A stretch of DNA of 64,000 bases from Lama guanicoe (taxonomy: Eukaryota): positions 3,026,161-3,090,160 of the forward strand of contig MU054323.1 in assembly GCA_013239625.1 (NCBI GenBank), read 5' to 3'. Below the pieces are notes generated by a model. It was not told the origin of the DNA and searched no databases. It worked only from the letters and a program-made list of their open reading frames with translations. Each line of letters opens with the position of its first letter. The first letter of the stretch is position 1. A program made the position numbers and the translations under genes. Of the stretch, positions 48,827-62,282 are shown one piece after another.

Positions 48827-50312
48827 ACAAGCACACTTCTATACTCTTCCTCAAGAGTCCCAGAGCTGTGACAGGAGAGTACACACTGCACGGAGATGTG
48901 CATGTGGGCAGATGTGCATGTCGACTCTGTGTCTGACTGCATGTTTCCAGTGGCTGATGGTCCACTCCAGCCTTGCAGAGAGTTACATTCAAATTCTTAT
49001 CTTAAAAAGATTATAAATGACAGCATGCCTTAGATCTCTAGTCAAAACTGTAACTGTTAAATCTGCAAGAGCATGCTATGACCCCAGGTGGTCCTGGCAT
49101 TCACCACCAGTCCCCCCTCCCCAGGACACGAGTGAAAGCCAAGGCTACGCACGGCCAAGGTGCCACCTCTGTGTCCACCCAGCCTGGTCCTCTGCATTCA
49201 TTCTGCGGCTCCTCCACCATCCTGGGTCTCCTGTTTCCCCTGTGCTTCCATGAGGTCCTGGTCCCACTCTGCTCTTCTAGTGCTGGTCCACGTGTCTGGC
49301 TGCACTAACCCGGTCTGGTCCCTTCACTGTAACAGGATCGATAAAATTATTGGAATGAATCCTCTGTCCATCTGTCATTGCTCTGAATTATCAAAGCCTT
49401 TCTGCCTCACCTACCCAGCCTGCCATACTACATTTCAACTGTTGCAGCAGTCTGTAACCAGATAGTGACCACTGCCATCCAAATCCACGCTAGGCAAAGA
49501 TTCTGCAGGTATGGCTCTCCTCCGGCGCAAACTGACTCTTCTCATGCCCCTGCAAGAAAAGCTTCTGGGAATCACATGGCCTGAAACATCCTCTCCCACG
49601 ATCCAGAATCCCTTTTCTCCAGAATTGTTTTCCTCCTACCATATTGAGACAGCCCTTCTCCTATTAGGAGATGCCTCATCGGGGTTTTTCTATGTAATCA
49701 TGTCATTTACACAATTACATAATTAACTTCTCCCTTTCCTTATAGAAGAAGAAAGCTGATAAAGAGGAGAACGCCATCTATAAATGTCATAGAGCAGCCT
49801 TCCCACTTCAGAACCCTGATACAAGGGTGTGCACTGCAGGCCGCCCTTGAAGGCCAGGATGGTGGACCCAGCCACGTGCACTCGGTCAGCTTCAAGAATC
49901 CCCTTGGGAGGACCCGCCAGAGCATGAGGCTGTGCTCGTGGACCTCTGAGCATCACCTGTACCAAACAGCCTCACCCAAAAGCCAACACTACTGTCCCCA
50001 GCAGCCCTCACCTCCTAGCCCCCAAGGAGCCTACCTGGGCATTGGAAGGCCCAGTTTTGTGGCCAAACTAACCCATGAGCAGGAAAGAAATGGTCCCTCT
50101 TGAGATCAGTCCATCTGGGAACCTAGGCTGCCTTGGTCCAAAGCAGAACGGACTGGCTCTGATGATGTCTTGCTTCCTGGTATGGCCCTCCGGGAAGACA
50201 TCTATGTACTGCTTTCCCATCGCAACCATCTGGGATGGAGGATACCTATCCCCTAAGCTCTGCTCTTCCTAAGACCCTATTTCTTCAGTTATAAAAGGAG
50301 TGGATGGTCAAA

Positions 50313-50480
50313 ACTGGTGGTTCTCAGAGCATTCATCAGAATCAACTTGGGAACTTTCTATAAATATGTACACACCTGCCCCCACCCCCAGACAATATCA
50401 CCCATCAGATCTCAGGTGATCTGGGTGCAGTAAGAAGAGCTCCTCAGCGGATTCTGACGTGCCCCCGACAACCCACAGTC
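50313..50480. mobile_element. MER5-like hAT MITE
   Basis: GTGGTTCTCA...CATCAGAATCAACTTGGGAACTTT...CTGCCCCCACCCCCAGA...AGCTCCTCAGCGGATTCTGA. Confidence 0.7.
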
Positions 50481-50799
50481 CCATGAACAGAATGTAACAC
50501 TCTATCCCAGCCACAGCATGATGTTGTAGATAAGTCTGTTTCCTGACACCAGCCTGGCTGAGGTGTTTGGCTATGCCCAAGGCCAGCCTGCGCATCAGAG
50601 ATAAAACCACACCCCCAAGGCTGAGAGCATGGCGAGAACAGGCCATCCAGTGGGGCCACCTCTGCCCAGGGCAGCACAACTAGGCTAAAGAGAAAGGTGC
50701 CCTTCACCTGTCCCCTCTTCCATGGCTCCCAAGGTCCCCCGTTCTATCCCTGCCCCATTCCACTGTACTGTCTGGCACTATGTCCCTGCTCCTGGTCAG

Positions 50800-51140
50800 T
50801 GATGAAGGGGAATCTGTGTCTTCCACGTTGATGACACCACTTTCTATCCCATCATCCAGATGAGAAAACTGAGTCTTCTTTTTCATGTCCTCTTCGCCAC
50901 CTGCACCCTCAGATCCTGCATCTACTTCAGCCTCTTCTATCCCAACAGGATTATCTTCCCTAGATCAGCTTGTCCCTTGCCTGAAATAATACAAAAGCTC
51001 ACAGGCAGGTGTCCCTCTAGCCACTCCCTCAGTCTATCCTCTTGGATGAACTTTTCATCCTGAAGTTCTGACTTAAGGGATCCCTGAACTAGGACATAAT
51101 ACATGGTCGGGAGGGGTGTATTTGTACATTCGTACAAATG
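50800..51140 (+). mobile_element. L2 fragment
   Basis: GATGACACCACTTTCTATCCCATCATCCAGATGAGAAAACTGAGTC...AGGATTATCTTCCTAGATC...GACATAATACATG. Confidence 0.6.
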
Positions 51141-53269
51141 AATCCACTACTCCCATCAGAATCTCAAACAATTTATGGTCCAGTGAAAGTGAATAGACAA
51201 TGTCTACCACACTGCTGGAATGATTTTTCTGCACCACCACTCTGTATTCTGATCACTATGACCTTCTGGGCAAGAACCATCTCAAAACCACCTCTGTTTC
51301 CCCCTCATCTTGGCATCTGGCACAGAGGAGGAAATTCCATGCATGTTGAATTGGATTATTAGCCGCAGAATGATTCCAACAGTGATGCCTTGAAGGACTC
51401 TCCCTCATGGGCTAGAAACCCAGAGAAAACTCTTGGCTCTCTCCCAGCAAGATAACAGCCTTTAACTCTGTAAGAAAGATTCCATGTGCATCAGCTTTGC
51501 CAACGAAAGTGAGCCGAGCAAAGGTGCCTCCAGCCGGTGGAAGGGACTTGGGGACACAGTGCCAGCTACAGCAGGTGATTCACCCTTGGGCATGACCACG
51601 CAACTTGTCACTGACAAGCCACCTTCCCATCGAACCAACTTCAGAAACAGGGTCCCCCGTTTGACTGGAGGAGCCAGATCCCAAAATTCCCACCAGCCCC
51701 AAAGCTTTCTGCCAATCATTACTCCCGCCTTGGGCTCCCCTGCAGATGCCCAGCTGTATGGTCTTGTTCAGAGATGTTTATAGTTCCTGAGACAACTTGG
51801 AGGGCTCTCAGGCTATAATCTACTTAAGACAAAAATCCATGGCGTCTCCTCGGAATTCTGCAGCTTCCCAAGGGGCATTCCAACCTGAACTTGGGAATAT
51901 TTGATTTTCCTGCATGTTGTGTGTCCAGGTGAGAAATCCAAGAGGTAAGCCAGAAGATGGCCGGACATGCAAAAATGCAAAATGTATGTTTGCAAAGGGA
52001 AGAAACAAGAATCATGGAATTTCCTCAGATGGGTTCCAGCAGCACAAGCGAAGTGCAGAGAGATTTACTGAGGAACCAATGTTTGCCTCATCTGCCTGGT
52101 GTCTTCCACCAGACAGCAGGCAAGCAGAGTCAGTGTCTCAGCCTGTAGCATGGATATTACTTTCAATGCCCCTGGACCCCTGAGCTCAGCTCCTCCCAGA
52201 CGACAGTGGTAAACAGCAGGGGTCCCAGCTCAACCCTACTAAGCACACTCGGGGAAAATTTCCCAGAAATCGAACAGCATAAGGAACTGAACTGCTTTCA
52301 GGGAGAGAATTTGTCCTAAAGCAAGACTCAACCATGTAGACCTGGCTGTAAGGTTTGCCCACCTTAGCAAAAAAGGGTTCTAAATGGTTGTGTCCCTCCC
52401 AAGTCTAGTCCTAGAGATTCGTGTTTACAGTCTTTAAATTCTTTACGACAAGCTGGTAGCTGAAAAGGACACAGACCAGGGCTCAGTTTCCACACCGTGA
52501 GGGCCCCACACTCCAGTGCAGAGCGTGGCTGGTGGGACCACAGTTTCTGACGGGAGAGGGCAGGGCATCCGGGGTGAGCAACAGAAAGCTGTGGCCACCC
52601 ACAGATGACAGTGGGCAGAAGCCAGGCTTAGGCAGCATGCCAGGGCCCCATGGAGAGAGGGACACACAGGGCACAGGGCAGCAGATCCTAGAAGGAGAGG
52701 TCCACACAAGCTCATAAGCATGCACCAGACATGCTGGGGGATCCAGAAATATTTGGTGGGAACTTTGCAAGGGAGTCGTGACCCTATAAACCAAAGTGGG
52801 AAGGGAGCAATAAATTCAGATTATTGCTCTTACTGTGACTTTATTTGTATGCATGGGTTGGGAAGTTGAGAGAATCTCAAGTTATAAGAGAAAGAAAAGG
52901 CCTGGGTGGCTTTTTTTTGAAGTCCCAGATCAGCCTCCTGCAACCTTATTTTCCTGATCCAAAGATGGGAATTGCAGTCTGAAAACCCATGAGCCCACAG
53001 CCACTTCTCTGGAAGGCACTGGGAGTGAACCTCTGAGTCACTCAGGGAATTCAGTGGATGAGGAGGGTTTGGGGTGAGAGTCTCTGGCTACTGGCTCCAT
53101 CCCAGGCGCCTGAGGGGTCTCCAGGAGCCTGTGTGGGCTAGAGCCCCAGCCCCTTCCTGCAGAGCAGTGTGAGCCATTTGTGAGCCCCCATCCTCAAACC
53201 CTGGATCCTCCTTCAAAATCCTGGGAGATGAGGGAAGGAGAGCATGATCACAGAATGAGAGCGGAGCAC

Positions 53270-54160
53270 GGTTCGTTTATCCAGCCCTTCAATAGTCAGC
53301 AGACATGCCCGCACGTCTGGCCCCAAGCCAGGTGTGGAGCTCACGCTGGTGGGCAATGCAGCCATAGCCCCTGCCCTCGGGGAGCCTACATGCTAGTGGG
53401 GCAGCCAGGCATCAAACAAGGAAACCATAGGAATCACAAAGTGCGATGAGGACTTCCAAGGGAAAGAGCAGCCTCTGTGGGAGGGGGACGTGGAAGCGCT
53501 CCCTGCAGAGTTGTACTTAACCTGTCATGGAACATAAGAAGGGCTGGTGTGCAAGAAAGAGCAGTCAGCAAAGGCCCTGGACAAGGCGGGGGCACCAAGC
53601 CCCAGCAGGAAGCCAGCGGCCGAGGCATGGTGAGCAGCGGGAGCGCAGCAAGGGTGACTTTGAGGGAGCGGCCGGCAGGATGCCGCGGAGGCCAGAAAGG
53701 ACAGAGCATCGTGTCCTGGAGCAAAGGGAAGCCAACGCTGGGCCGCACACAACAAAGTCCCACAGCCCGATTTATTTTGATAAAGAGCAATCTGGCTGCT
53801 TGGGGACAGTCGATTGGATGAGGTTCTGGAATGATATCAAGGAGATGAGTGAGTTGCAGAGTTTAAGGGAAAGATGATGGCAGCTAGACTAAGACAGAGA
53901 CCCCAGTGAAGAAACAGGTAAATCTGAGAAAGACTGGTGATGAGTGGGTGTGGGGATGAGCAAGGGGAGTGAGAAGGATGATGTCTTGGTTTCCAGGTGG
54001 AGTAACTGGGTAGCTGGTGGGGGGCCACGTGTTGAGGTGGAACAGGTTTGAGAGGGAATACTCAAGTTCTCTGCTTGGGATGTGTTACGTTGGAGCCTAT
54101 GGGCCTTCCAAGTGGAGATGCTAAGGAGGTAACTGTGTGTGAGGTTCGAGTTCAGAAAAT
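53270..54160 (-). mobile_element. Long L2 fragment
   Basis: GCCCCTGCCCTCGGGGAGCCTACATGCTAGTGGG; CGATTTATTTTGATAAAGAGCAATCTGGCTGCT; GGATGATGTCTTGGTTTCCAGG; CCAAGTGGAGATG. Confidence 0.85.
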
Positions 54161-54627
54161 TGAAAAGAACTGGGGAGCTGCCAGCACATGGCTGGACTGG
54201 GGCAGGGGCGATCAAACTTTCAAGGCACCTGCCCAGTTCACAGCACCCAAGCCCCACAGTGACCCCTGGAGGTAAGAAGGTGCACTGCCCTTCCTTTCCA
54301 TCCACATCATTCTTTCATCATATTATTTCTCTGCTTAAAGGCCTCCATGTGCTAAAATGGGGAACCAAGGGCCTGGAGAAGGCTGGTCTGGACAACAGCA
54401 GCTCACCCTTCTAACTCAGTCTCCTAACATGCCCCCTTAGTGCCAACCACGGCAGCCCCTGTCCCCCACCTTCTCTGCCCTCCCACCCACCTTCCACCCT
54501 CCTACCTTCCCCACTATCCACTGCTGGAAATGCTCCCCCTCCCGGCCTAAATGGGCCCCACCTTCAGGGTGTGACACAGCTCTACCATGGGTCTCCCCAG
54601 GAAGACTTCCCTGACCACTGCCCTCCA

Positions 54628-54852
54628 AGCACACACGTGCACACATAAACTAGAGAGAAACACACCACATGCACTATACACACAACACACATACCAGGTG
54701 TACACACACAACACACACAGTACACACAGACACCCCACACGCACTTCGTGTACTCGTATCACACGCACACTAGACACACACAAAACACACCATACATTAC
54801 ACACACCACAAACAATACCACATGCAAACACGTCTCTCTCACACACACTCAC
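54628..54852 (+). repeat. Degenerate CA-rich simple repeat
   Basis: Direct inspection. Confidence 0.9.
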
Positions 54853-55269
54853 TTCTTGCCATCTGGGCAACACTGATTCCCTCTTTCCCTGAAATCTCTC
54901 AGCACTGACTCAGCTGCCATCTGAATAAAATGACCCATGCAGGGCACCTGGACGACACCCTGGCGCACAGGGCCCCTCCTCCCCACTGAGGCCCTGAACA
55001 CACCGGGTCTGGAACCGGGACCGCCCAGAGGAGCAACAGGTGCCTGCAGGGCTTTGGGCAGAGAACGACTAAATGATTACATCCCAGGGACCCGAGAAAA
55101 CTCCCAAGAACAAGCTGTCTAGCTCCTGGGTGGTGCGCAGACGCCACCTCTGGCCCCTGCCTCCGTGCTTCAGGGCCAGCAGGGCCTCCACTGCTCAACA
55201 GTGTTTCACGGAAGCAGGCAAGAGGCAGATTCCCTAACGAAAAACCAAACGAAACAAACTCCGGGACCA

Positions 55270-55450
55270 GGAGTAGGAGACTGGCCCTAACCTGGCTCTG
55301 CCGTGAACTCCCTGCATGACCTCGGACAAATCACTCGAGTGCTTCCGGCCTCGGTTGCCCCATCTGTGAAATGTGGGTGCTCTTTCCCCAGAGCCCCTCA
55401 CCTGACGGGGCTGAATCAATAGCTAAGGGCTTGCAAATGCAACTGCTAGA
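55270..55450 (+). mobile_element. MIR SINE
   Basis: CCTGGCTCTGCC...CATGACCTCGGACAAATCACT...GCCTCGGTTGCCCCATCTGTGAAATG. Confidence 0.8.
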
Positions 55451-56629
55451 CAAACCGAAGTCTAGTAGAGACTCTTCATCTTCCTCAGCCCCTGACAGGT
55501 GGCAGTGTGGGTGACACCACCTGGACCTACTTCCCCAACTAATTCCGGGGATATGGTTCCCCCAGAGCTGTAAAGACAAAGAAGGAAAAGAAATTACTTT
55601 CCCCCTAAGGACTCTGAGCTAGGCACATAGCCAATATATTTTTATTTAATGTCAGAGTCAAAAACCCAAAGGCCTCCACACTCTTCGCAACAGTGTCAAA
55701 ACTGCAACAATCTTGGCACACAAATCACTTTTTAACTTCCATCATCCCTGGACACAGCCCTGCACGGGGCATGAGGTATGTGCACGCCCAAGAAACAGAA
55801 TCACAGGTCCCCTGGCCGGCTGGGGCCCTCGCAGAGATCCAGGGTCGCTAAGAATCCTAGACCCGGTCCCAGTTCCCAGAGCCACAGCAGGGACTGACCA
55901 CGGCCTCTGCACTCAGGCGCTGCCCTGAGTGACATCTACGTGGGAGTGTCTGAGACCACAGCCGCCCCGGGACGTGAGGCTGATTAAAGAGGGTTACGTG
56001 AATTGCCGAATTAAGTCGTCCAAAATTGGATAAAGTGATTGTGAAATCTGTTTTGAGTCAACCTATACATGTCTCATTGCAGGAAAATGTCTCGGTAAGA
56101 GTTCATGGAGGGAAAAAAAAAACCCAGCAACTCATTGTTGGCTGACCTTCCTGGGCTCCTAATATTCAGTTCCCCAAAAGGCATCTTAGCCATGTAATTT
56201 CCAATGTGGGAACAATTTGAGTTGCAATTAGGCAAATCTCAGAAGGTTCTGCCACTGATTTGTTCGTTCTCTCAATATTATTCTACAGGACACACTAAAA
56301 TACTGTGCCAGGTTCACACAGAGGGCAGCTGGGAACAGCACATGTGGGTTACAGAGGCTGGGTAAACACATCCCACTCAGTAATGGTACCGCCAGGCCTC
56401 TGGAGCTGGGCTCATGGCCCTCCACCCCCAAGGGCATCTACTAATGGCCCTGCTGGGGGCAGGGCTATTAGCAACTCAGAGCTTTGCACTGGGGTGATAG
56501 CGTGTCCGGGCTCTGGGCAGTGAGTGGGGAAATGGTCAGGGCAGCTACCAGCTACAGTGCAGCCCAGGGGACTGCAGGTGAAGGGAAGGCTAACAGACTC
56601 CTGGCAGTAACAGTAGATGTCATTACAGG

Positions 56630-56935
56630 CCACATCTTTCACTGAGCACCTCCTTTGTTCCAAGCCCGAGCTAAGCCCTAGGAACACTGAGATGAGAAAG
56701 ACATGGCCTTGACCTCAAGGAGCCTGGTGGGAGGACATACCAGCAAGCAAACAAAGAATTATAATATAGGTATTATTTTTCAGAAGTGCTGTGAAAGCAC
56801 AGAAAAAGAAGAAATCATTCTACCTGTGGTGTGAAAATAAGCTTCACACAGAAGGGCATGCTTGAGTGGGCCTTGACGTGTGGGTAAGAGTTCGGCAGGT
56901 ATGGAAGAGAGAAATGGCAGTCCCAGAGAAGCATT
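56630..56935 (-). mobile_element. L2 3' fragment
   Basis: ACTGAGCACCTCCTTTGTTCCAAGC...GACATGGCCTTGACCTCAAGGAGC...AGCTTCACACAGAAG. Confidence 0.8.
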
Positions 56936-57959
56936 TCCCCACTTGGTTGGGATGAGCTGGCACTTTCTGAGCTATGAGTGCCTCCTATGGGCTGAGTCAT
57001 GATCATCTTTTTCAACAAGCAAAATAAGCTGGTCTTCAGTGTTAAACTAATGTCTTTTCCCCTTATCCCTCCAGCCCTCTGGGGTACATCTGGCTTATTC
57101 TGGACTCCTGTTATGACCTGTCCTGTATCCTGAATGGCTGGTTTGCTCCCAGGGTAGAGGAATGTCTGGATCTTCCTTGAATTTCTGTACCCAAACTACA
57201 GTGGCTGTCTTGGCCCCTTCCTGACCAGACCAGAGCTCATGCCTGAGACCAGATCCTGCTGGAACTCAAGCTTAGGTATGGGCAAAATCAGCCTTGACTG
57301 GGAGGCTCTGGAGGGCAAGGACGGTGTCAGCCTGATCCTAGTTTCCCCTCTTTCCCCAGACCTGCTCAGTGCCTGGCTCTTGAGACTGTGTGAATGAGTG
57401 TGTGTGTGTGCGTGTGTGATGCATGAGTGAGTTCCTGCATGTGCATGTGTGTGATGCATGAGTGAGGGAGGAAACACAGCCAACAGGCGGGGCAGTGCTT
57501 GAATCTGAGGTAGAGCTTAAATCTGAAACTTGGGGCCAGATTCCAGGGCTGGTCTGTTAGCAGGACAGATGGAAACGTAGGACAGTAGCACCTATAGAGC
57601 AAGAGGTGAAAAGTGAGTCATGAAAGGGCTACGTGCAGAGTGAGATCTAGGGTCGACATGGGATCCAGACGTCAGGGAAGAGAGCGGGTTACGACTGGGC
57701 AAATGCAGCTTCCCAGAGTGAGAAGACCTGGGAAGCACTGGGGGAGAGCCAGAGGCCAGAATTAGGCCTCCAGCAGCCCACTCTGTTAGTGCTGCCCCGT
57801 CCGCGGGGGACGTCAGGGCCCAGGACAGCAGCCCCGCCACATTCCCCGGGACTTGGCAGGTGGAGTGCCCAGTGCTCCGAACATAAAGGCAGATTTAGGC
57901 AAGCCTGAAGCAGAGCTCCGGGAAACTGGAGTTTCCCACCTTGTACTTGAGTAAAAGGA

Positions 57960-58145
57960 CCTCGGGGAACCTGGGTTTGGTGTCTGAGGTGAGAGGCCTC
58001 CGAGCAGCTTACTGAGTAAGGCTCCTTCCTCTCTCTGGGCCTCAATTCTCTTGTCCTCTAAAGCCGGAATAACGTCCCAGCCTGCCTGCCTCACACACCC
58101 GTGGGGAGGAGCAAATGAGATGAAATGTGAAAGTATGTGGAAATA
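57960..58145 (+). mobile_element. MIR SINE
   Basis: CCTCTCTCTGGGCCTCAATTCTCTTGTC...CAAATGAGATGAAATGTGAAAGT. Confidence 0.7.
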
Positions 58146-59354
58146 TTACAATATGGCACCTAGGAGATGATAAGGATAAATAAGTTCGCTGAGACTAGGC
58201 TGTGACCCACCCCAAAAGCATTTACACAGCTGATGGGTGGAGCCATCCCTCAGGACCCCCTCTCTGCTCCAAACCTCAGAGGCATCTTTCCAGCTCCAGA
58301 AGGAGAAAGTCACCCACCAGTGGAGCCCCTCTTTCTCCCCATTCCGCCTGAGCCCCACCTCCAGCAAAGCACAGGCCTGCCCTTCAAAGAGTCCTGGGCT
58401 GGCCACAAAGTTTAACTGATCAGTATTCAGTTTTATGGGTCATTGTTTTGTCTCTGCAATCAAATGTGAATTCTGAGAAGTCAAGAGTTGTACATATACA
58501 CACGCACATGCATGTGGGTACACACACACACACAATCCCAGAATCAAGGCCCCTGAACCTCTGATTCTGTGATCATTTAAATTCCCTTCGCTCGCACCAC
58601 CCCCAAGCACAGCTTAGCCAGGCCTGGCATGGCCAACCCCGCTCACTGCCGACCAATATCCATCCTCCCCCTCTTCCTTCCTAAAGAAACTCAGTACTGC
58701 TCAGTGCAGGAAGGCAGTCAGCCGAAGACCTGCCTTCCCAGCCTTCCCTACTGCTCAGGGGCCACAGCACGGAGTTCCAGCCAGGAGACCTCAGTGGGAG
58801 TCCATCTGCCATCTGTGTATGAAGTTTCTTTCCTGACACACGAGCTGCCCGTTTCAACACAAGCTTCCTTAGGCATCTTCCTGCCTGTGATGTGGACGGG
58901 AGGCTGGGCTGCAGCTGCCACTTTCTGACCCACGAAAGACCCCTGAGGATAAAAGCCACACTCTGTGCAGGGAAGGTGCCTACAATAATGGTGGTATCAA
59001 CACCCCAGCAGCAGCCCTGGACTCCATCCCTGGGCTTCTTGTTGAACTGAGTAAAATAAGCCCTATTTCCTTAAATCAATCATCCACTTCCTAACTGTTA
59101 CACCTGGAACATGCTGGGTACCCAGTAAATATGCCTTCATTCTCCAGAGAAGCAGATGGTGCCCACATGGTGCTGTTCCATCCTCAGAACATCCCAGAGG
59201 GACCCCTTCTCCTCTTCTTCCTCCTCCTTCACACACTCACGTCTCCTCCGAAAGCAGAGGGGCTACAGCACTTGCTACAGAATCCTCCCTCTAATCCCAA
59301 GGGTGCTTGTCGGGTACCACTTAGGGCATTAGCACATCTCCATGATGTCCTGGG

Positions 59355-59490
59355 AAGGACAGATCTGGGGCTCTCATTTACCTACGATTCCTGGGCAAGA
59401 CCCTTTACACCTCCTAGCCTCAGTCTTGTCATCTGGTAAATGGGCTGAAACTGCTCTACCTGCCTTAGATGGGAAAGGATACTCCAATGA
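59355..59490 (+). mobile_element. MIR SINE
   Basis: CTGGGCAAGACCCTTTACACCTCCTAGCCTCAGTCTTGTCATCTGGTAAATGGG. Confidence 0.7.
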
Positions 59491-59977
59491 GAAGAAAGGG
59501 TTTATCTCTGCTATGGGCAGTACTGTTTTGTTTCTGGCTGAATGAAGGCCTGCTGCTTCTTGAGGATACTCCCAGCTCATTAAATCATTCTGCCAAGATG
59601 GCTGTGGCTTTGTTTGGGGCATAGCCCCCCCCGAGGCTGAGCCACAGATACGTGATCCCCCACCAACCAGAGGCCAGCCTCAGCTCCATGTGGGATAATG
59701 AAACACTTCTCAATAGCAGGGGGCCACCTAGCCCCATGGAATCAACCTTTCCTTGCCTCAAGGTCATTACCAGCTGGAGGAGGGAACTGTCTGAGAGTCT
59801 GTTTACTTACAAGCACTCACAGGGATTGCCTTTGGGTCAAGAACCCAGAAACCCACGCCAGTATGATTTTCTGCTTCTTTCCCACTGATTAACAAGCCCC
59901 AGGGGAGGTAACGGATGCAATGAATGCTACTGCAGGCCCATTAATCACAGCTCCTCCTAAGCCAGATCAGTGGCAGG

Positions 59978-60088
59978 TAGGGTGACCAGCCATCCCAGTT
60001 TGCCTGGAATGCTCTTGTTTTAACACTGAAAGTGTCCCGTCCCAGGAAAATCCTCAGTTCCGAGAAAACAGGGAGACTGGTCACCCCA
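59978..60088. mobile_element. MER81 (hAT-Blackjack) MITE
   Basis: TIRs TAGGGTGACCAG...CTGGTCACCCCA; internal TTTTAACACTGAAAGTGTCCCGTCCCAGGAAA; ~111 bp. Confidence 0.9.
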
Positions 60089-60604
60089 GCAGCAGAAGGG
60101 CCCTCTGCCATTCAGACAGGGCGCAACCCTACAGCTGCCGTGGAAACACATGCAGGCAGCCCACAGAGGCACCCGGGACTGTCCAGTCTCCCACCACACA
60201 CTTGCCATGGGCCCACGACTTGTCCCCACCCAGCGAGGTTAGGCCCATCTTCAGCTGCCAGCCAAAGGGCTGGGCACATGGCGTGTGCTCCATAAAGAAC
60301 TGCCTGTTGTTCTAAAAAGTCTGTCCCTCAGCCTCTCTGATCTTTGTTCTTCTTACCCTCGGGAAAGGCTGAAGGGACTCACATAGGCACTTGATTCCGA
60401 CAACCAAGAATTCCCAGGACAAATTCAGGTTTCTGTTTCTGATTCACTGACCCTGGGCCCACCCAAAACCAGTTTGGCAAAACATTTAATCATGAGGTTT
60501 GTACAGGGGGATTTTCAAAAGTGACATTTTACGTCAGTTTTCTAAGATGTCCTCCTGCTGTTTCCAAGTTTCTTGAAAAAAATTCTGTGTTGTCACGATC
60601 CACT

Positions 60605-60770
60605 TCCCAAAGGTGGAGGAACCTCAAAGACCATCTAGTCCAACCACCCCATCCTACAGGTGTGAAAACGGAAACCCGCTGGGAAGAGACGCATCTGAGG
60701 TCACTGAGCAAGAGAGTGACAGGGGGACGAGAACCCAGGAGTTGGACCCCTGCTCTAACAGTCTTTCCAG
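60605..60770 (-). mobile_element. MIR (MIRc/MIR3-like)
   Basis: AACCTCAAAGACCATCTAGTCCAACCACCCCATCCTACAGGTGTGAAAACGGA...GAGGTCAC...GAACCCAGG. Confidence 0.75.
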
Positions 60771-61989
60771 TAGGTCACGGCTGATTGTATCACAGAGAGA
60801 ACAGCTATCTTTCTGTTACAAGTAGGTTAGAACATAAAAATCCCACACAGGCAATTTTCCCATACAAACAGTACCATGAACTGTTTCTGATTTAATCGCC
60901 ATGCATCTGAGAGTTTAACCAAGCTAAACAAAACCCAGGCTAGAATCAGCACCACTTTAAACATCCTACCCAGACCATCCATGGCTCCCCCTTCTCTGTG
61001 CACAGCCCAAGGCCAGACTGGAGTCCTGAGACGTGGGCCTGGAATCCAGAAGATAAACCTTACGATGTGGGATTATTGCTCAGTAATATGACTGTTTTTT
61101 ATGCGGGACTGCACATGACCTGGCTGCAGAGTTTTTATGGCCTGGGACTGGGGGTGGTTGCAGCCCCTTGACTTAGTCTCACACCAAGCAGCCCCCCCGA
61201 GGCACTGGAACCAGGAGCAGGGTCAGCTTTGGCAGAGGAGGCAGCATCCTTCCCGGCCACTGAGCAGACTCCAGGCGTCCTTCAGCAGCGGACGCTGAGA
61301 GGCTCTCCTGCGAGCCTCCAGACAGCCAGCACATCTGTCTATCTGTCTTACAAGACTTTCTGCTACTCCCTTCATTCACCCAACAATGATGGAGAAACAA
61401 GACTCTAGAGAATACCCAGAAAAAAGGAGATGGGGTCGGTGAACAACTCCATCCAATGGTGTGGGCAGACATACACTCCAAGATGTGGCAAGTCTGGAAG
61501 AGAACACCAAGCAAAGGCTGAGACTCAGCACCCAGGCCCCCTGGGCTGGGAGGGTTTGCAATGACCTCTGGGTCACACACATCATAGGATACTACAAAGA
61601 TGTCAGTGTCATTGTTGAATGAGTCTGAATACACTCCACTCACAGGACTGGCTTGGTCTGGCTATTTCATCCTTTGGAGAGCTTGCCCGAAGCCACATGT
61701 TGAAGAATACCATTCAGATGTCATCATAGCAAGAACTCCTCAGTGCAGGTGGACTCAGCTGACCACGCGGGCCCAACCTCCGTTCCACCAGGGACCCCGT
61801 GATGCTGAGTCTGGCAGGCCTGATGTGGACTGTGTTCTCCAGATCCCAACAGACAGCTATGGTGCACAGCCACAGGATCAAGAGATAGAGAAGCTGTCCC
61901 TTCAAACCATAGATTCACACAAAACTCTAAAGGCTCTCCAATACTATTAACAAATTTCACACGCGTCCATTTGTGAATCTTTCTGCAAT

Positions 61990-62282
61990 CTCAGCTCAGC
62001 TCCCTTTTCAGCCTATGTCCTGCTCACTCCCCAGCCTTTACTCTGTGCTACAGCCACTCCAGCCTCTCCTCTCCTTCTGCCAAGAGTTTTCTTCCTCCGT
62101 CACAACCATCCCCCTTGGTTGATTGCTGAGCTCTTTCATCCTCCAGACGCATCAGCTTCCTCCAGGAAGACTTCTGCTTCTCTTCATGAGTAATTATCAT
62201 CTTCTCCTCAAAACTCCCAAAGAACTCCTTCTGAATCTGTCCTACTGCTCTGATGCTCAATAAACAAATCGTATGAATGTCA
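61990..62282 (+). mobile_element. L2 3' fragment
   Basis: CTACAGCCACTCCAGCCTCTC...TTCCTCCAGGAAGACTTCT...GATGCTCAATAAACAAATCGTATGAATG. Confidence 0.7.

Noticed and set aside
61179..61643. Minus ORF with DTDIFVVSYDVCDP and CKTD, reminiscent of a Rho/Rab GTPase
   Set aside because: Motif spacing is about 78 aa rather than about 30, no G1 or G3 (DTAGQ) box was found upstream in the frames I read, and there is an in-frame stop just before it; judged a coincidence.
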